DNA of 64,000 nucleotides from Octopus vulgaris (taxonomy: Eukaryota): assembly GCA_951406725.2 (NCBI GenBank), contig OX597815.1, forward strand, positions 72,602,001 through 72,666,000, read 5' to 3'. Each line of letters opens with the position of its first letter. Within the stretch, counting starts at the first letter, position 1. The position numbers and the translations under genes were made by a program. The notes beneath the pieces were generated by a model. The model saw nothing but the letters and a program-made list of their open reading frames with translations, ran no database searches and was not told where the DNA came from. Shown here in pieces: positions 1 to 12,211 of this stretch.

Positions 1-92
1 TACAGGGACGCGAACACACCAACACCTGTTTCGAAGTGATGGGGCGGGGAAGGAGAAACACAGGCACAAAAACATACACAAACACATTTACA

Positions 93-236
<144 letters not shown>

Positions 237-682
237 GTATGTGTGTATGTATGTATGTATGTATGTATGTATGTATGTATGTATATATGTATGCATGTGT
301 TAGCGACAGCACATGCTGAATGCATGTGTTTTGCTTGTTCACCAGTTTGTTGTTCCGCAGCGAATCGGCAAACAAATAAAGCACTTATATTGAATATGTG
401 CAGTCGACAATGTTTACAACACTAGCGCTGCTTTGAATTCATATTGTTGTAATGCGAGTTTCTTAACCTCATAATCATGCTAACAGGCACACACACAGAG
501 GCACATACACGAACACTCGCGCGTGCACATATATATTATACGTATGCATGTATACATGTATGTATGCATGTATTATGTATGCATGTATGTATGTATGTAT
601 GTATGTATGTATGTATGTATAGTTCCACGGAACTGAAAGTGCATCTCACCAGATGCTAGGGATAAAGTGCACTCTGCACCTA

Positions 683-731
683 GCATCTGATGAGATGGTC
701 TCCGATACGCCCACGAAACTGTTAGTCATGT
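683..731 (+). ncRNA. Minimal type-I hammerhead ribozyme motif (Penelope-type)
   Basis: gcat-CTGATGA-g(atgg...cca)c-GAAAC-tgtta-GTC-atgt: both conserved boxes, a GUC cleavage triplet, stem I gcat/atgt, an imperfect stem II and a short stem III. Confidence 0.65.
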
Positions 732-810
732 GGAGCTGAGTCATTAAAGTTATTAAAAATATATGTAACCACTATCAAATGTGTTGAGTCTTTCGTTTGT
801 TCACTCACAC

Positions 811-841
<31 letters not shown>

Positions 842-923
842 CATGCATACATGCATACATACATACATTCATACATACATACATACATACATACATACAT
901 ACATACATACATACATACATACA

Positions 924-956
<33 letters not shown>

Positions 957-1294
957 CTATTATCATAGATGCATTAAGTTATGTACCAACGAATTTACAT
1001 AAGAACCTATAAATTCTAGTTTCTTTTTAAGAAAGAGCGAAAGAAATTGATGCGGATTCTTCAAATCCAATCTATTATTAAGACATTCCAAAGATCTTCC
1101 ATCTGAGATTCTTTAGGTGAGCATCGACAGTTCAACCAACACACCAACTCAACCACATATTTACAAACGGCGGGATCACTATTAACGCAAAAAGTCTTGT
1201 CGCCTTGTTAGCAACCGGCTTGAACCCTCTCAAGAACTTAGATAAACTCAAAGAAAAAACCGTACTTCCATGCATACACACATGCATAATTATT

Positions 1295-1524
1295 CTTTTA
1301 TTCTGTTATTTCTTTCAGTCATTTGACTGCGGCTGTGCTAGAGCACCACCTTAAAGGGTTTTACTCGAAGAAATCGACCTAGGACTTCTTCTTTGTAAGC
1401 TTAGTACTTATTCTATTTGTCCCTTTTGCTGAACGGGTAAGTTACTGAGACGTAAACACACCAACATCGGTTGTCAAGCGATGGGCAGGTGGATAAATAC
1501 AGACACAAACACACATATATATAT

Positions 1525-1581
<57 letters not shown>

Positions 1582-1740
1582 CGGGCATCTTTCAGTTTCC
1601 ATCTACCAAATCCACTCACAAGGCTCTGGTCGGCCCGAGGCTATAGTTGAAGACATCTGCCGAAGGTGTCACGCAGTGGGTCTGAACCTCGAACTATGTG
1701 GTTGGGAAGTTAACTTCTTACCACACAGTCACGCTTGCGC
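1295..1740 (-). mobile_element. tRNA-headed SINE family B (CORE-like), full length with internal (TA)n
   Basis: Reverse complement matches the copies at 39975-40390 and 54627-55082 (gtggctgtgtggtaag...gtgagtggatttggtaga...cgcagtcaaatgactgaaa). Confidence 0.85.
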
Positions 1741-1750
1741 TTACTAGATA

Positions 1751-1813
1751 AGAATATGGAACGCTTTGCGCAGGGACCACGCAGACTAATCTTCGCTGTA
1801 TCGTTCAATATTT
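1751..1813 (-). pseudogene. U6: U6 snRNA retropseudogene, 5'-truncated with internal deletion
   Basis: Minus strand reads aaatattgaacgatacagcgaagattagtctgcgtggtccctgcgcaa-agcgttccatatt. This aligns to U6 (AAAATTGGAACGATACAGAGAAGATTAGCATGGCCCCTGCGCAA...AGCGTTCCATATTTT). The ACAGAGA box is mutated and about 20 nt are deleted. Confidence 0.85.
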
Positions 1814-1974
1814 CTATTGTCTTGTGTCTTTATCAATCTTCTTTCATCTCTTACGCATTTATTTTTTGATTTCTTTCTGGTTTTTCGTTTTCCCTTAAAC
1901 TATTCTCTTCCATATTATGAAATGTTTACTATAGCCATCATCCCTATAAAGCTGTATGTATTTCAAATAAGTAT

Positions 1975-2272
1975 GAATGACCATGGGATTGCACCTAGAA
2001 AGTTCCCCTCCAAAGCACAAATCCAGGCAAGGTTGTTTATGGAAGACCAGCAGTCATTTATGCATACCAGCCTCCACTCTCCATGCCACCGATGTTGTCC
2101 AAAGGAAAGGCAAAGGCCGATCAGCTTGGCACCAGTGACATCGCTAGTTATTTCTACAGCTAAGTGAACTGGAACAATGCGAAATAAAGTGCCTTGCACC
2201 AGAACAGAACACAGAATCTGGTCCGAGATGATTGTGAGTCTGACGCTCTAACTACTGAGCCATCCGCATTCA
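1975..2272 (-). mobile_element. tRNA-headed SINE family C, diverged
   Basis: cagctaagtgaactggaacaatgcgaaataaagtgccttgc...ctaactactgagccat; homologous to 11895-12157, 17930-18175 and 51450-51655. Confidence 0.7.
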
Positions 2273-2729
2273 CGTGTTTAATGTGGTGGCTGCTATGTCT
2301 AAATATCTTTTAATTATTCAGGATAAATGTTTGAGTATATGTATGCGTATGTTTATGTATATGATGATCTGTTTAGGCTAATATTACACATGTTTAGCTT
2401 GGTTCGCTGCTATGAATGAATGTGTTGAGGATTAACTTGGATATATTCGGATAAAGTCAGGTTTTGTTTTTCGCTTTGAATCTACATGATGTTAAGTTTT
2501 AAGTATGATTCATTGCAAACTTTTGTGGCCCCAAGTCAGGTTTGATAGGCTGTTGTTGCCGTCTTCCTCTTCTTCCAATCAGGATTCACGCCATTAGCCA
2601 CAAAGAAACTCAAATGGAGAATCCCAGTAATGTTTTACAAATTTTCCTTGTACCCCCAGTAGCATAGTCAGTGTATACCACTCGAGGTAGCCTTTTAGTT
2701 TGCCCTTCACCCCCACCCCGGGCCTCTAA

Positions 2730-3745
2730 GCCTGTACAGGCTCATACAGCAGACCCCAAAATATCACTTCCCTTAGAAGAGTCTCCCGGACTAGGCTTGA
2801 ATTTGTCCCACCCCTTTCTCAGGCCCCCAAGCCTATCAGGCTTATAGAGCAGACCCACTTCTTCGAAAAGTATCACCCGGATTAGGCGTCGCTCGTAATA
2901 CCTTTGTCTTTTATTTTCTGTATGTGTATGTGTGTGTCGTGTAGGCATTATTTATGTTGCTTGTAAATATTAGCAAGTGCACATGGATGTATGGAGAGTT
3001 GCATGTATAGGTGATTATTCAATTTACGTACTTACTGTGTAATTAGTGTGTTTTTCCGGGGTTCCTCGTGCTGGTTTCGACGTCTATGTATGTCACATTG
3101 AGATATCACGCATTTAAAAAAGAAGCTACACTGTATGTAACAAAGATCATTCCGATTTGTTAAAAGGTGTGCACAATCTTCCTCTACCTGTAGCTGTAGA
3201 CAGGCCAAGAGGTCTAACTTCGAGGAAATTTTTCCTCCATTTAGTTTTGAGAACACTTCTTCTGGGCTTCGCAATGGATAATTGTGTTCGACTAAATACT
3301 TAACTAATCCGCATACACTCTTACTTTATTATTTTTTTCTTTACATAAACCGTCGGAGCTGCCTAGTCTGAATGGTCGACTTTTTCAATTATAACCAGAC
3401 CTTCTAGTCTTTCTAACTCTTTATTGACCTGGTCCAACGCTGTAAACGGCACATTCTGTTTGGGCCTAAAAAAGGATGCTGCCTTTTCTTTTACCACGAT
3501 TCTATGCAGCTTATACAGCAGACCCAAAAGTTCCACTTCCCCTAAAAGTGTCGCCTGATTAGGCCTTGAGTTTGTCTCCCCCACTAGGCCCTCAATCTTA
3601 TCAATACAGCAGACCCGAAAATGCAACTTCCTCTAAACGTGTCGCTCGAGACACGTCCCCGAGTTTCCTATCCCCTCCTCAAGCTTATAAGAGTTTATAC
3701 AGCAGACCCAAATGTGCCGTCCCTATAAAAGCGTCACCCAAAGTG
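2730..3745. repeat. About 90-bp diverged minisatellite (5 units, core tacagcagaccc) split by a retroelement fragment
   Basis: Core at about 2746, 2843, 3513, 3604 and 3696, usually followed by cacttcc...aaaagtgtc...ttaggc. Confidence 0.7.
3150..3510 (-). pseudogene. Ty3/gypsy pol (RT N-terminal) fragment
   Basis: FRPKQNVPFTALDQVNKELERLEGLVIIEKVDHSD*AAP and PEEVFSKLNGGKISSKLDL..CLQLQV are typical gypsy RT motifs; stops and deletions present. Confidence 0.8.
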
Positions 3746-4029
3746 TACCAACCCCGCTGCACCCCCTCCTAACAACGCTACAATATACCACTCACTATTT
3801 GAATATGGTTAGCTGTCCTCAATCAGATTGCTTTGTTCGGCATTTCTATGCTTCATTGGTACAACTGTACGTATGATAATGCATCCAAATAAACCTATGA
3901 TACTCGGTACAAATACACCTATGATGATAAGTACAAACAAAAAAATCTATATCCCGGATTTAAGTTTCTTATTAGGTCTTCATAAACGTACTCCTTTTCC
4001 ATATATTTTTTGTTTCCATAGATTCTGAG

Positions 4030-4212
4030 AGAAGGGGACAAGTCGATAACATAGTCTCCAGTACTTGACTGGTACTTTATTTTACCGACCTCCGAAAGAA
4101 TGAAAGACAAAGTTGACCTCAGCAAGATCGGAATTCAGAACATATAGGGCCGGATGAAATGCTACTAAGCATTTTGTCCAACGCGTTGACGATTCTGTCA
4201 GCTTGACACCTT
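4030..4212 (-). mobile_element. SINE family A, diverged
   Basis: gactggtactttattttaccgacctccgaaagaatgaaagacaaagttgacctc matches the reverse complement of the family A core. Confidence 0.7.
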
Positions 4213-4684
4213 GTCCCTAAGTTTTGAAAAGACATTCATATTCGACAGGTAGCTGATCTCTACAATAGTGCATGATTTTGCTCGCTGTCCCACAGAACAG
4301 TAAGTATCTAGCCTAATGTGTTTATATATGTTTCATACTTAAAACTGATGCATCACTGAAAGCCTAATAAACTGCAGTATTCGTCCCGAGATAGTATTTC
4401 TTATTGATGTATAGAGTTAAAAAAAACACAGATATATATACACAGCAGACGAAAATCCAGCACTGGTTGCGGCATCTTTAAATGTGCATTTCTGCCTCCC
4501 TGAGCTTCGTCAGTAGCAAGTATCACTCATAACGAATATTTACATCCATTTTAATTAGAATGTTCCATCATTATTTTTGAAGGTGCGCATGCATTCTGGT
4601 TCTAGCGTAACTTTGCTAGGTCCACAGGGAAATTCTTACTGCGGATAGCATTGTTGATGGTTTTAGTTACAATTCCATGTATTC

Positions 4685-4730
4685 CCTTGAGAAAGTTAGA
4701 AACTTTTCGATATTTGGGGACAGTAACAGC

Positions 4731-4732
<2 letters not shown>
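4685..4732 (+). pseudogene. Tiny non-LTR RT remnant
   Basis: KLETFRYLGTV resembles the V..F.YLG motif of LINE RTs; very short. Confidence 0.3.
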
Positions 4733-5180
<448 letters not shown>

Positions 5181-5269
5181 TTAGCCTCAAGCGACCTCTG
5201 ATCACGAAGACACACGTATTAGCTGACATGCTTTGGAAATGGTTGAATATATGTGCGTGTAGATGTATG

Positions 5270-5335
<66 letters not shown>

Positions 5336-6027
5336 CGTATGTATGCATATATATACATACACACACACACATATGAATATACATAGATACATATATGTAT
5401 ATACATATATACAATATATGCATATATATATACATATATATACATATATATATATATATACACTTATATATATATATATATATAACTTAAGTTATGTATG
5501 TATGTATGTATGTATGTGTGTATGTATGTATGTATGTATGTATGTATGTATGTATGTATGTATGTGTGTATGCATGTATGTTCGTATATTTACATATGTG
5601 TCTGCGTGTATGTATGTATTTATGTATAAATCGGCTGATAGTAAAGACTAATGTGGTTTTGTTTTTTTAATTTAATTTTGTCTTTGTCGTTTTAATTTTA
5701 TTCTTTTCGTTTTTTATTCATTTATTCATTTATTATTATTATTATTATTTTTTCTTTTTTATATTTCAGACTGGTTTTAATGGTGTATTTAAAAAGGTTT
5801 AAAGCGTTTAAAGGTTGATATCATAGTCGAATGTGTTCGAATGTGTTCTCATAAATTGTTTAGTCAGTCGCAGATGTGTTTCCGGTGTTTGTGGAACTTT
5901 CAACGATTTACGAAACGATTTCAATCTCTTTAAATGGTCTTTCTCTTTTTTTTCTTTCCTAATGGCGGGTTTTAAATAACGTTGAAAATGTCTCAAAGTA
6001 AAAAAGTTGTCCTCATATACTTAGATA

Positions 6028-6596
6028 ATTCTCTCTTCCTCTGTCTCTCTTTCTCTCTCACTCTCACTCTCACTCTCTCTCTCTCACTTTCTCTCCCGTT
6101 CTCTCTCCTCGGTTCTCTCTCCTCGGTTCTCTCTCTCTCCCTCTCCCTCTCTCTCCTTCTCTCTCTGCTTCTCTCTCCTTCTCTCTCTGCTTCTCTCACT
6201 CACTCTCTCTTCATCTCTCTCTTTCTCTCTCACTCTCTCTCGCTCTCTCTTCCTCTCCCTCACGCTCTCCCTTTCTTTCTCTCTCTTTCTCTCGCTCTCT
6301 CTCTTCCTTTCGCTCTCTCTCTTTCCCTCTTTATCGCCCTCTCTCGTCCTCTCTCTTTTTGTTTCTCCCCTTTTGTCTCTCTCACTCACTTTTTCTCTCT
6401 CCTTCTCTCTCTCACTATCTCTCTCTTTTTCTCTCTCTTTGTGTCTCTTCTTTTCTCTCTCACTCACTCACTCACTCTTTCTCTTTCCCTCTCTCCTCCT
6501 CTCTCCCTCTCTTTTCTCTATTCCTCTCTTTTACTCTCCTTCAGTCCATCTCTTCCTCTCTCTCTCTTCCTCTTTTCCTTCTCTTCTCCCATTACT

Positions 6597-6642
<46 letters not shown>
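6028..6642. repeat. Degenerate (CT)n polypyrimidine tract, about 600 bp
   Basis: Direct reading. Confidence 0.9.
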
Positions 6643-7200
6643 ACACACATACCCACACATTCACACCCTCTCACACACATATAAAAACACAAATACGAGT
6701 ACATGTATATGTATACAGCCCAGTCCAGACACACTAACACACACTCAGCTATATATGCATTCGCTTGGACACACATTGACATACTGCAAATAACAAAAAC
6801 AAAAACAAAAACAAATCAATATTACCTATCAATTATCAATTTCTAACATAGGCACAAGGCTTCGATAGAGGGGAGGGGCGTAGTCAATTATATAGATGAC
6901 ATTACTTCACCCTTACTGTATTTGAGAGTATATAAGATGCACATTTTTTTATGAAAAATAAAATTTCCAAAAAGCCACCCTGGGCCTCATGTGCCAGATT
7001 GGAGCTAGTTTACATGTTTTGATTTAATAAAAAGTTGTTTTTTTTTTATTCTTGAATATGCGATACTGAAATTGAGTTGTTGTCTATTATGCATTTGCGT
7101 CGTTTGTGCCACCAAATACGATATGTGGGAATGTGTGTGTGTGTGTGTGTGTGCGTGTGTGTGCGTGCGTGTATATGTGTGTGCGTGCGAGCTCGCGCGT

Positions 7201-7278
<78 letters not shown>

Positions 7279-7280
7279 GT

Positions 7281-7472
7281 GTAATATAATATGTGACAAT
7301 TATTCGGTTGCCATTATAGACTCCGAGTTTCGGATGCCGGGGCGGAAAACTGCTCCGGCATCTCGCCATTTTGCCTCGATAACTGACGAGATGGCGGAGC
7401 AGTTTTCCGCCCCCACAATCGAAGCTCGGAGTCTTATTATAGCATCCGAATAATTGTCATATATTATATTAC
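7281..7472. mobile_element. Foldback/palindromic MITE-like element (Crypton-like ends, tentative)
   Basis: Arms of about 85 bp: gtaatataatatgtgacaattattcgg...ggggcggaaaactgctcc..catctcg and cgagatg..ggagcagttttccgcccc...ccgaataattgtcatatattatattac, with a loop of about 21 nt. Confidence 0.8.
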
Positions 7473-8395
7473 AAATAAATTCCTCTATTTGTTGTCTTAC
7501 CATTACTATTAATATATATATATATATATATATATATTTACATAATATCGAGGTCTTTTTCATTCTTTTGTTGTCTTACCATTTCTATCAATATATATAT
7601 TTGTATGTAACAAAACTGGAAAGTGGAAACGTTTGGTATTATTTATTATACACATGTTTCATTTGCTAATAAAATTACGAAGTTTTACATGTTACACAGA
7701 CGTTTAAGGAATTTCCTATTAGAAATTTATCAGTCAGAAAATTTATAATAGAAAAAATCACACGTGGATGAAGCATTTATATTTCTCATACAATAACTTT
7801 GCAAGTAATATTTCCATTATTCTCAATTTTGATATGTATTTTGACTAACATACAGTAGCTACTGTGGTGACATATCGTTTGTAATAATGGAATAAGCGGC
7901 TATGCTTCTGCTTCAAGTGGATTTACCCTAACTACCTATATAATATCTATACATAAGAAGCGGTGTCCGGTAGCCGACTTACTGCTCGAACTACATGTAT
8001 ATTAAAATAGATCCATCAATTTCTTCATATTTTTGAAATGCATTAACTAAGGAAAGTTTACGTAGTGAATGCATTTCCTATTATCTATTACGCAAATCTG
8101 AAACGTACATGTTAAATGAAATTCAAAATATCACTGGTTACACTTCATTATTACAACCACGGTACGTCTGTCTTTACGTTCTTAGTTCAAATGCCGCCGA
8201 GGTCAACTTTGCCTTTCATCCCATCTGTTTCCCCTAAAAGCACATCTGCTTATTCCATTATTACAATCAATATGTAGCCACAGTAGCTCCTGTATGTTAA
8301 TCAAAATACGTATTAAAATTGCCCTACAATTTTCGCTCTCCGTTTTTTTTTTTTTTGTTTTTTTCGGGCTTTCTTCACTTTTCCTCTTCTCAGTC

Positions 8396-8431
8396 CTTTC
8401 TGTCGAAGAGCGTAGGGTCGAAACATCAAAG
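8396..8431 (+). other. Degenerate hammerhead-like motif in a short repeat (second copy at about 28250-28286, minus strand)
   Basis: cttt-CTGTCGA-a-gagcgtagggtc-GAAAC-ATC-aaag; the first box is non-canonical. Confidence 0.35.
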
Positions 8432-8625
8432 AATTTTCCATTTTTCCCGAGCGTTAAACTAATATACCTGCTTGCTGTTCCTACACCTGTCATCGTCTTT
8501 TGTTATATATTTATTACACACGCGCGCGCACACACATATCAAAGCAGGAGTTTGGTAATAACTTTTTGGTATTATTTAATCACAGTTACGCGTGTTTCAT
8601 TTGTTAACATTGTTTGATTCTCTTT

Positions 8626-9258
8626 CAAGGTGGCGAGCTGACAGAATCGTTAGCACGCCGGGCGAAATGGTTAGCGGTATATCGTCTGCCGTTACGTTGT
8701 GAGTTCAAATTCCACCGAGGTCGACTTTGCCTTTCATCCTTTCGGGGTCGATAAGTTAAGTACCAGTTACGCACTGGGGTCGATGTAATCGACTTAATCC
8801 CTTTGTCTGTCCTTGTTTGTCCCCTTTGTGTGTAGCCCCTTGTGGGCAGTAAAGAAATAGGTATATCGTTTGCCGCTATGTTCAGAGTTCAACATCTGCT
8901 GAGGTCGACTTTGCCTTTCATCCTTTCTGGGTCGATAAATTAAGTTCCAGTTACACACTGGAATCGATGTAATCAACTATCCCCTCCCCCAAATTTCAGG
9001 CCTTGTGCTTATAGTAGAAAGGATTATTTGATTTTCTCGAAGGCGGCGAGTTGGCAGAAAGGTTAGCACGCCGGCCAAAATGTTTTCCAGTATTTCGTCC
9101 GTCTTTACGTTCTGAGTTAAAATTCCACCGTGGTCGACTTTGCCTTTCAACCTTTCGAGATCGATAAAAATAAGCGCCAGTTGAACACTGAGGACAATTT
9201 AACCGACTTATCCTTCCCCTGAAATTACTAGCCTTGTGCCAAACTTTGAAATCAATAT
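8626..9258 (+). mobile_element. SINE family A tandem: dimer (8626-9025) plus monomer (9040-9258)
   Basis: aaggtggcgagctgacagaatcgttagcacgccgggcgaaatg...gagttcaaattccaccgaggtcgactttgcctttcatcctttcggggtcga. The sequence tttgatt(c/t)tct recurs at all three boundaries. Confidence 0.9.
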
Positions 9259-9704
9259 TATTTGATTCTCTGTCTGAAGAATTTCTAATAGGAGACATAT
9301 TACTTGTTTCTCTTGCGCTTCCAATTTTGTAACTCCCATTAGGATACGAAACACGTGTAATGGTGAAGAGATAATACAAAAACATTTTTCCAAATTCCTG
9401 TTTTCATATTTAATTGGTCTACAAAAAGTATTTTCCAGTATTTCTCAATTTTTATACATAACTCACACAAATTTAACATCTTCATAGAACTATGGAGTAC
9501 TGGAATAAGCAGATGTACTTTAAGAGGACACAGCTTGAACTATAATTTTATCCGCACAATATATATTATGCGGATAGTCTTTGGTGCTATGTAAGATACA
9601 CTACCCGCCACACAAACGTCTTTAAAAATCACCCCATCTCCTTTGTGCGAATTTGGGCCTAACACAATTTTGAATGCACGATAAACTATTTTTACTTGAA
9701 TAGA

Positions 9705-10390
9705 CGCAGGCGTGGCTGTGTGATAAGAAGCTTGTTTCCCAATCACATGGTTCCGGGTTCAGTCCCAGTGCGTGGCACCTTGGCCAAGTGTCTTGTACTA
9801 TAGCCCCCAGCCTTATGAGTGGATTTGGTAGATAGAAACTGAGAGATACCCGCAAGGCGGCGAGTTGGCAGAAACGTTAGCACTCCGGGCGAAATGCTTA
9901 GCCGTATTTCGCCTGCCGCTACGTTCTGAGTTCAAATTTCGCCGAAGTCGACTTTGCCTTTCATCATTTCGGAGTCGATTAAATAAGTACCAGTTATGCA
10001 CTGAGGTCGATATAATCGATATAATCCGTTTGTCTCTCCTTGTTTGTCCCCTTTGTATGTAGCCCCTTGTGGGCAGTAAAGAAATAAGAAACTGAGAGAT
10101 ACCTGCCGTATATACATGTGTGTGTGTAAGTGTTATATATGCGCGCGTGTGTGTGTGTGCGTGTGTTTGTCCACCATCACCACCACCACCACCACTTGAC
10201 AACCGGTGTTGGTTTGTTTACGTCCCCGTAACTTAGCGGTTCGACAAAACGAGAAATGATCGAATAAGTACCAGGCATAACACCATCAACAACAACAAAA
10301 TGAAGAAGTACTGGAAGCGATTCACTCGACTCAAAGTCCTTTAAGGCTTTGCCCCAGCATGTACGCAGTGTAATGTAATGTTTGAAACAA
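9705..10390 (+). mobile_element. SINE family B interrupted by a SINE A
   Basis: 5' half at 9705-9850; the 3' half resumes at about 10087. Confidence 0.85.
9853..10086 (+). mobile_element. SINE family A with 17-bp TSD
   Basis: agaaactgagagatacc at 9834-9850 and 10087-10103. Confidence 0.9.
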
Positions 10391-10639
10391 TTTTTGTTTT
10401 TAAATATGATGCTAAAATTGGGGTGTATCTAATACGCCATGCGTCTTTTATGCCATCAAGTACGATACTGTGTTTTATTGAAAGGAATGATTAAAACGTT
10501 AAAATTGATCTTTAAAGAATGAGGTTTGAACTGAGAACTTAAAAAGCCGTAACAATGTAATCATAGGGTATTTTGTCCGATTCTCTACAGATCCTCTCAA
10601 GTATTTCGACAGAATCGTTAGGGTCTCGAATAAAACTAC

Positions 10640-11883
10640 TTTTCGCTATTTATCGTGTTTACTCGTGTAAACGATCACACTTAGATAGTAGTCGCACTCG
10701 TGTATAAGTCGCATCCTAGGAAGGTCTAGAAGTGTTGTGCAACGAATTTTAGCTCGTTTTAAGTCATCAAGATCGACAAATGTTAAACTCAGAACCGGTA
10801 GACCTCGTAAAATTTCGACAAGACAGTACCGTATAATAGTTAGAATGTCACTGAAGGATACGTTTAAGAGTGCTACTGAGATATCTCGCGATTTTAGCTC
10901 CACTTCCGATGTCAACGTATCGCGCAAAACAGTTTCTCGGAGGTTACGAGGTTCTGGATTGGTTGCTCGAGCACCGGCTATGAAACCCCCGATCTCAAAG
11001 AAGAATCAAAGAGCCCGTCTTCGTTTCACTCACGAATATGTCGTTTGGACAGAAGAACAGTGGTCGCAGGTTCATCCGATGGCGGGATGTACGTCCAACG
11101 AAGAAGTGGTGAAAGGTTATCTCGTGCATATGTGAAGTAGACAGTGAAAAATTGAGGAGGCAGTGTAATGGTATGGGAAGTGATCTCTGCTGCTGGTCCT
11201 GGCCCACTTTTTTGCCTACAAGGGATTGTCAATGCTGAAATCTACAAGCAGATTCTTAGACAGCTTGCCCTTCCACATCGCCGATCCTCGTCAATTCAAC
11301 CTGTTATCTTCGTGCAGGACAACACTCCCTGTCACACTACGAAGAGAGTCAAAGATTTTTTGAATGATGAAGGGGTTGATCTCATGGACTGGTCACCTCA
11401 AGGTCCCGATCTCAACCCTATAAAAACGTTTGGAAGCTTTATTGAAGATGGGGCGGGAAGGAAAAATCAAAAAGAACCAAGATGAACTCTGGGAATTATT
11501 GAAAAACGAATGGAACAATATTACTCCATCATTTTGCAAGAAATTAATTCAATCATTTGGTAACAGATTTCAGGAGGTCATTAATAGTAAAGGGATGTTC
11601 ACAAAATATTAATAGCAAGGGTTTCATTTTTGTTCTTGTTCTATTTTTCATTGTGCTTCTAAGTGACCCTTAACTTTTGGCCGTTGCAGTTTGGAAGATT
11701 ATTGGTTTATTTCCTCATAACTTACGAAATATTTATTCCATTCACTTATAATTTTCACAACAGATAGATATTAGATATATGTAAATATGTTTAAAATATC
11801 TAGTCTCAACGTTTTGTTAATCTTCTATAATAACTATTTCAATACACTTGTTCTTACTGACCCTTATATTATGGCCAACACTG
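10640..11883 (+). mobile_element. Tc1-family (DD34E) transposon, decayed transposase with right IR/DR-type TIR; left end not found
   Basis: ORF pieces 10737-11135, 11168-11485 and 11430-11612 give GRPRKIS, VSRKTVSRRL, WTEEQW, MVW, FVQDNTPCH, WSPQGPDLNPIK (E changed to K) and GMFTKY*. The element ends ...ggccaacactg|TA. Confidence 0.9.
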
Positions 11884-11894
11884 TAGATATAGAC

Positions 11895-12157
11895 AGTCCG
11901 GGCAAGGTTTTCTATGGAAGACCAAAAGTCGCACATGTATACCAGCCTACCCTCTCCACGCCACTGATGTTATTCGAGGGAAAGGCAAAGCCGATGCAAC
12001 TTGGCGCCAGTGATGATCCAACTCATTTCTGCAGCCGGGTGAACTGGAGCAACGTGAAATAAGGTGCCTTGCTCAAGAACACAACATGCAGTCAGGTCTA
12101 GGAATCGAACTTACTATCTCATGATTGTGAACCTGCCCACTGAGCCATGCGCCTTCA
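11895..12157 (-). mobile_element. SINE family C
   Basis: gtgaactggagcaacgtgaaataaggtgccttgctcaagaacacaac...ggaatcgaac...cactgagccatgcgccttc (tRNA A/B boxes on the minus strand). Confidence 0.8.
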
Positions 12158-12211
12158 AACACACACAGACACACACACACAGAGACACACACACACACAC
12201 ACACAAATATA

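Noticed and set aside
2730-3745. CRISPR-like appearance of the periodic conserved core
   Set aside because: The intervening sequences are homologous to each other, there are no cas genes, and the context is eukaryotic.
4478-4517. Minus-strand CTGACGA...GAAA hammerhead-like motif
   Set aside because: Stem I does not form and the cleavage triplet is unclear; at best a decayed copy.
10737-11612. Functional Tc1 transposase gene
   Set aside because: Frameshifts, a deleted first catalytic D region, an E-to-K change and a missing left TIR.
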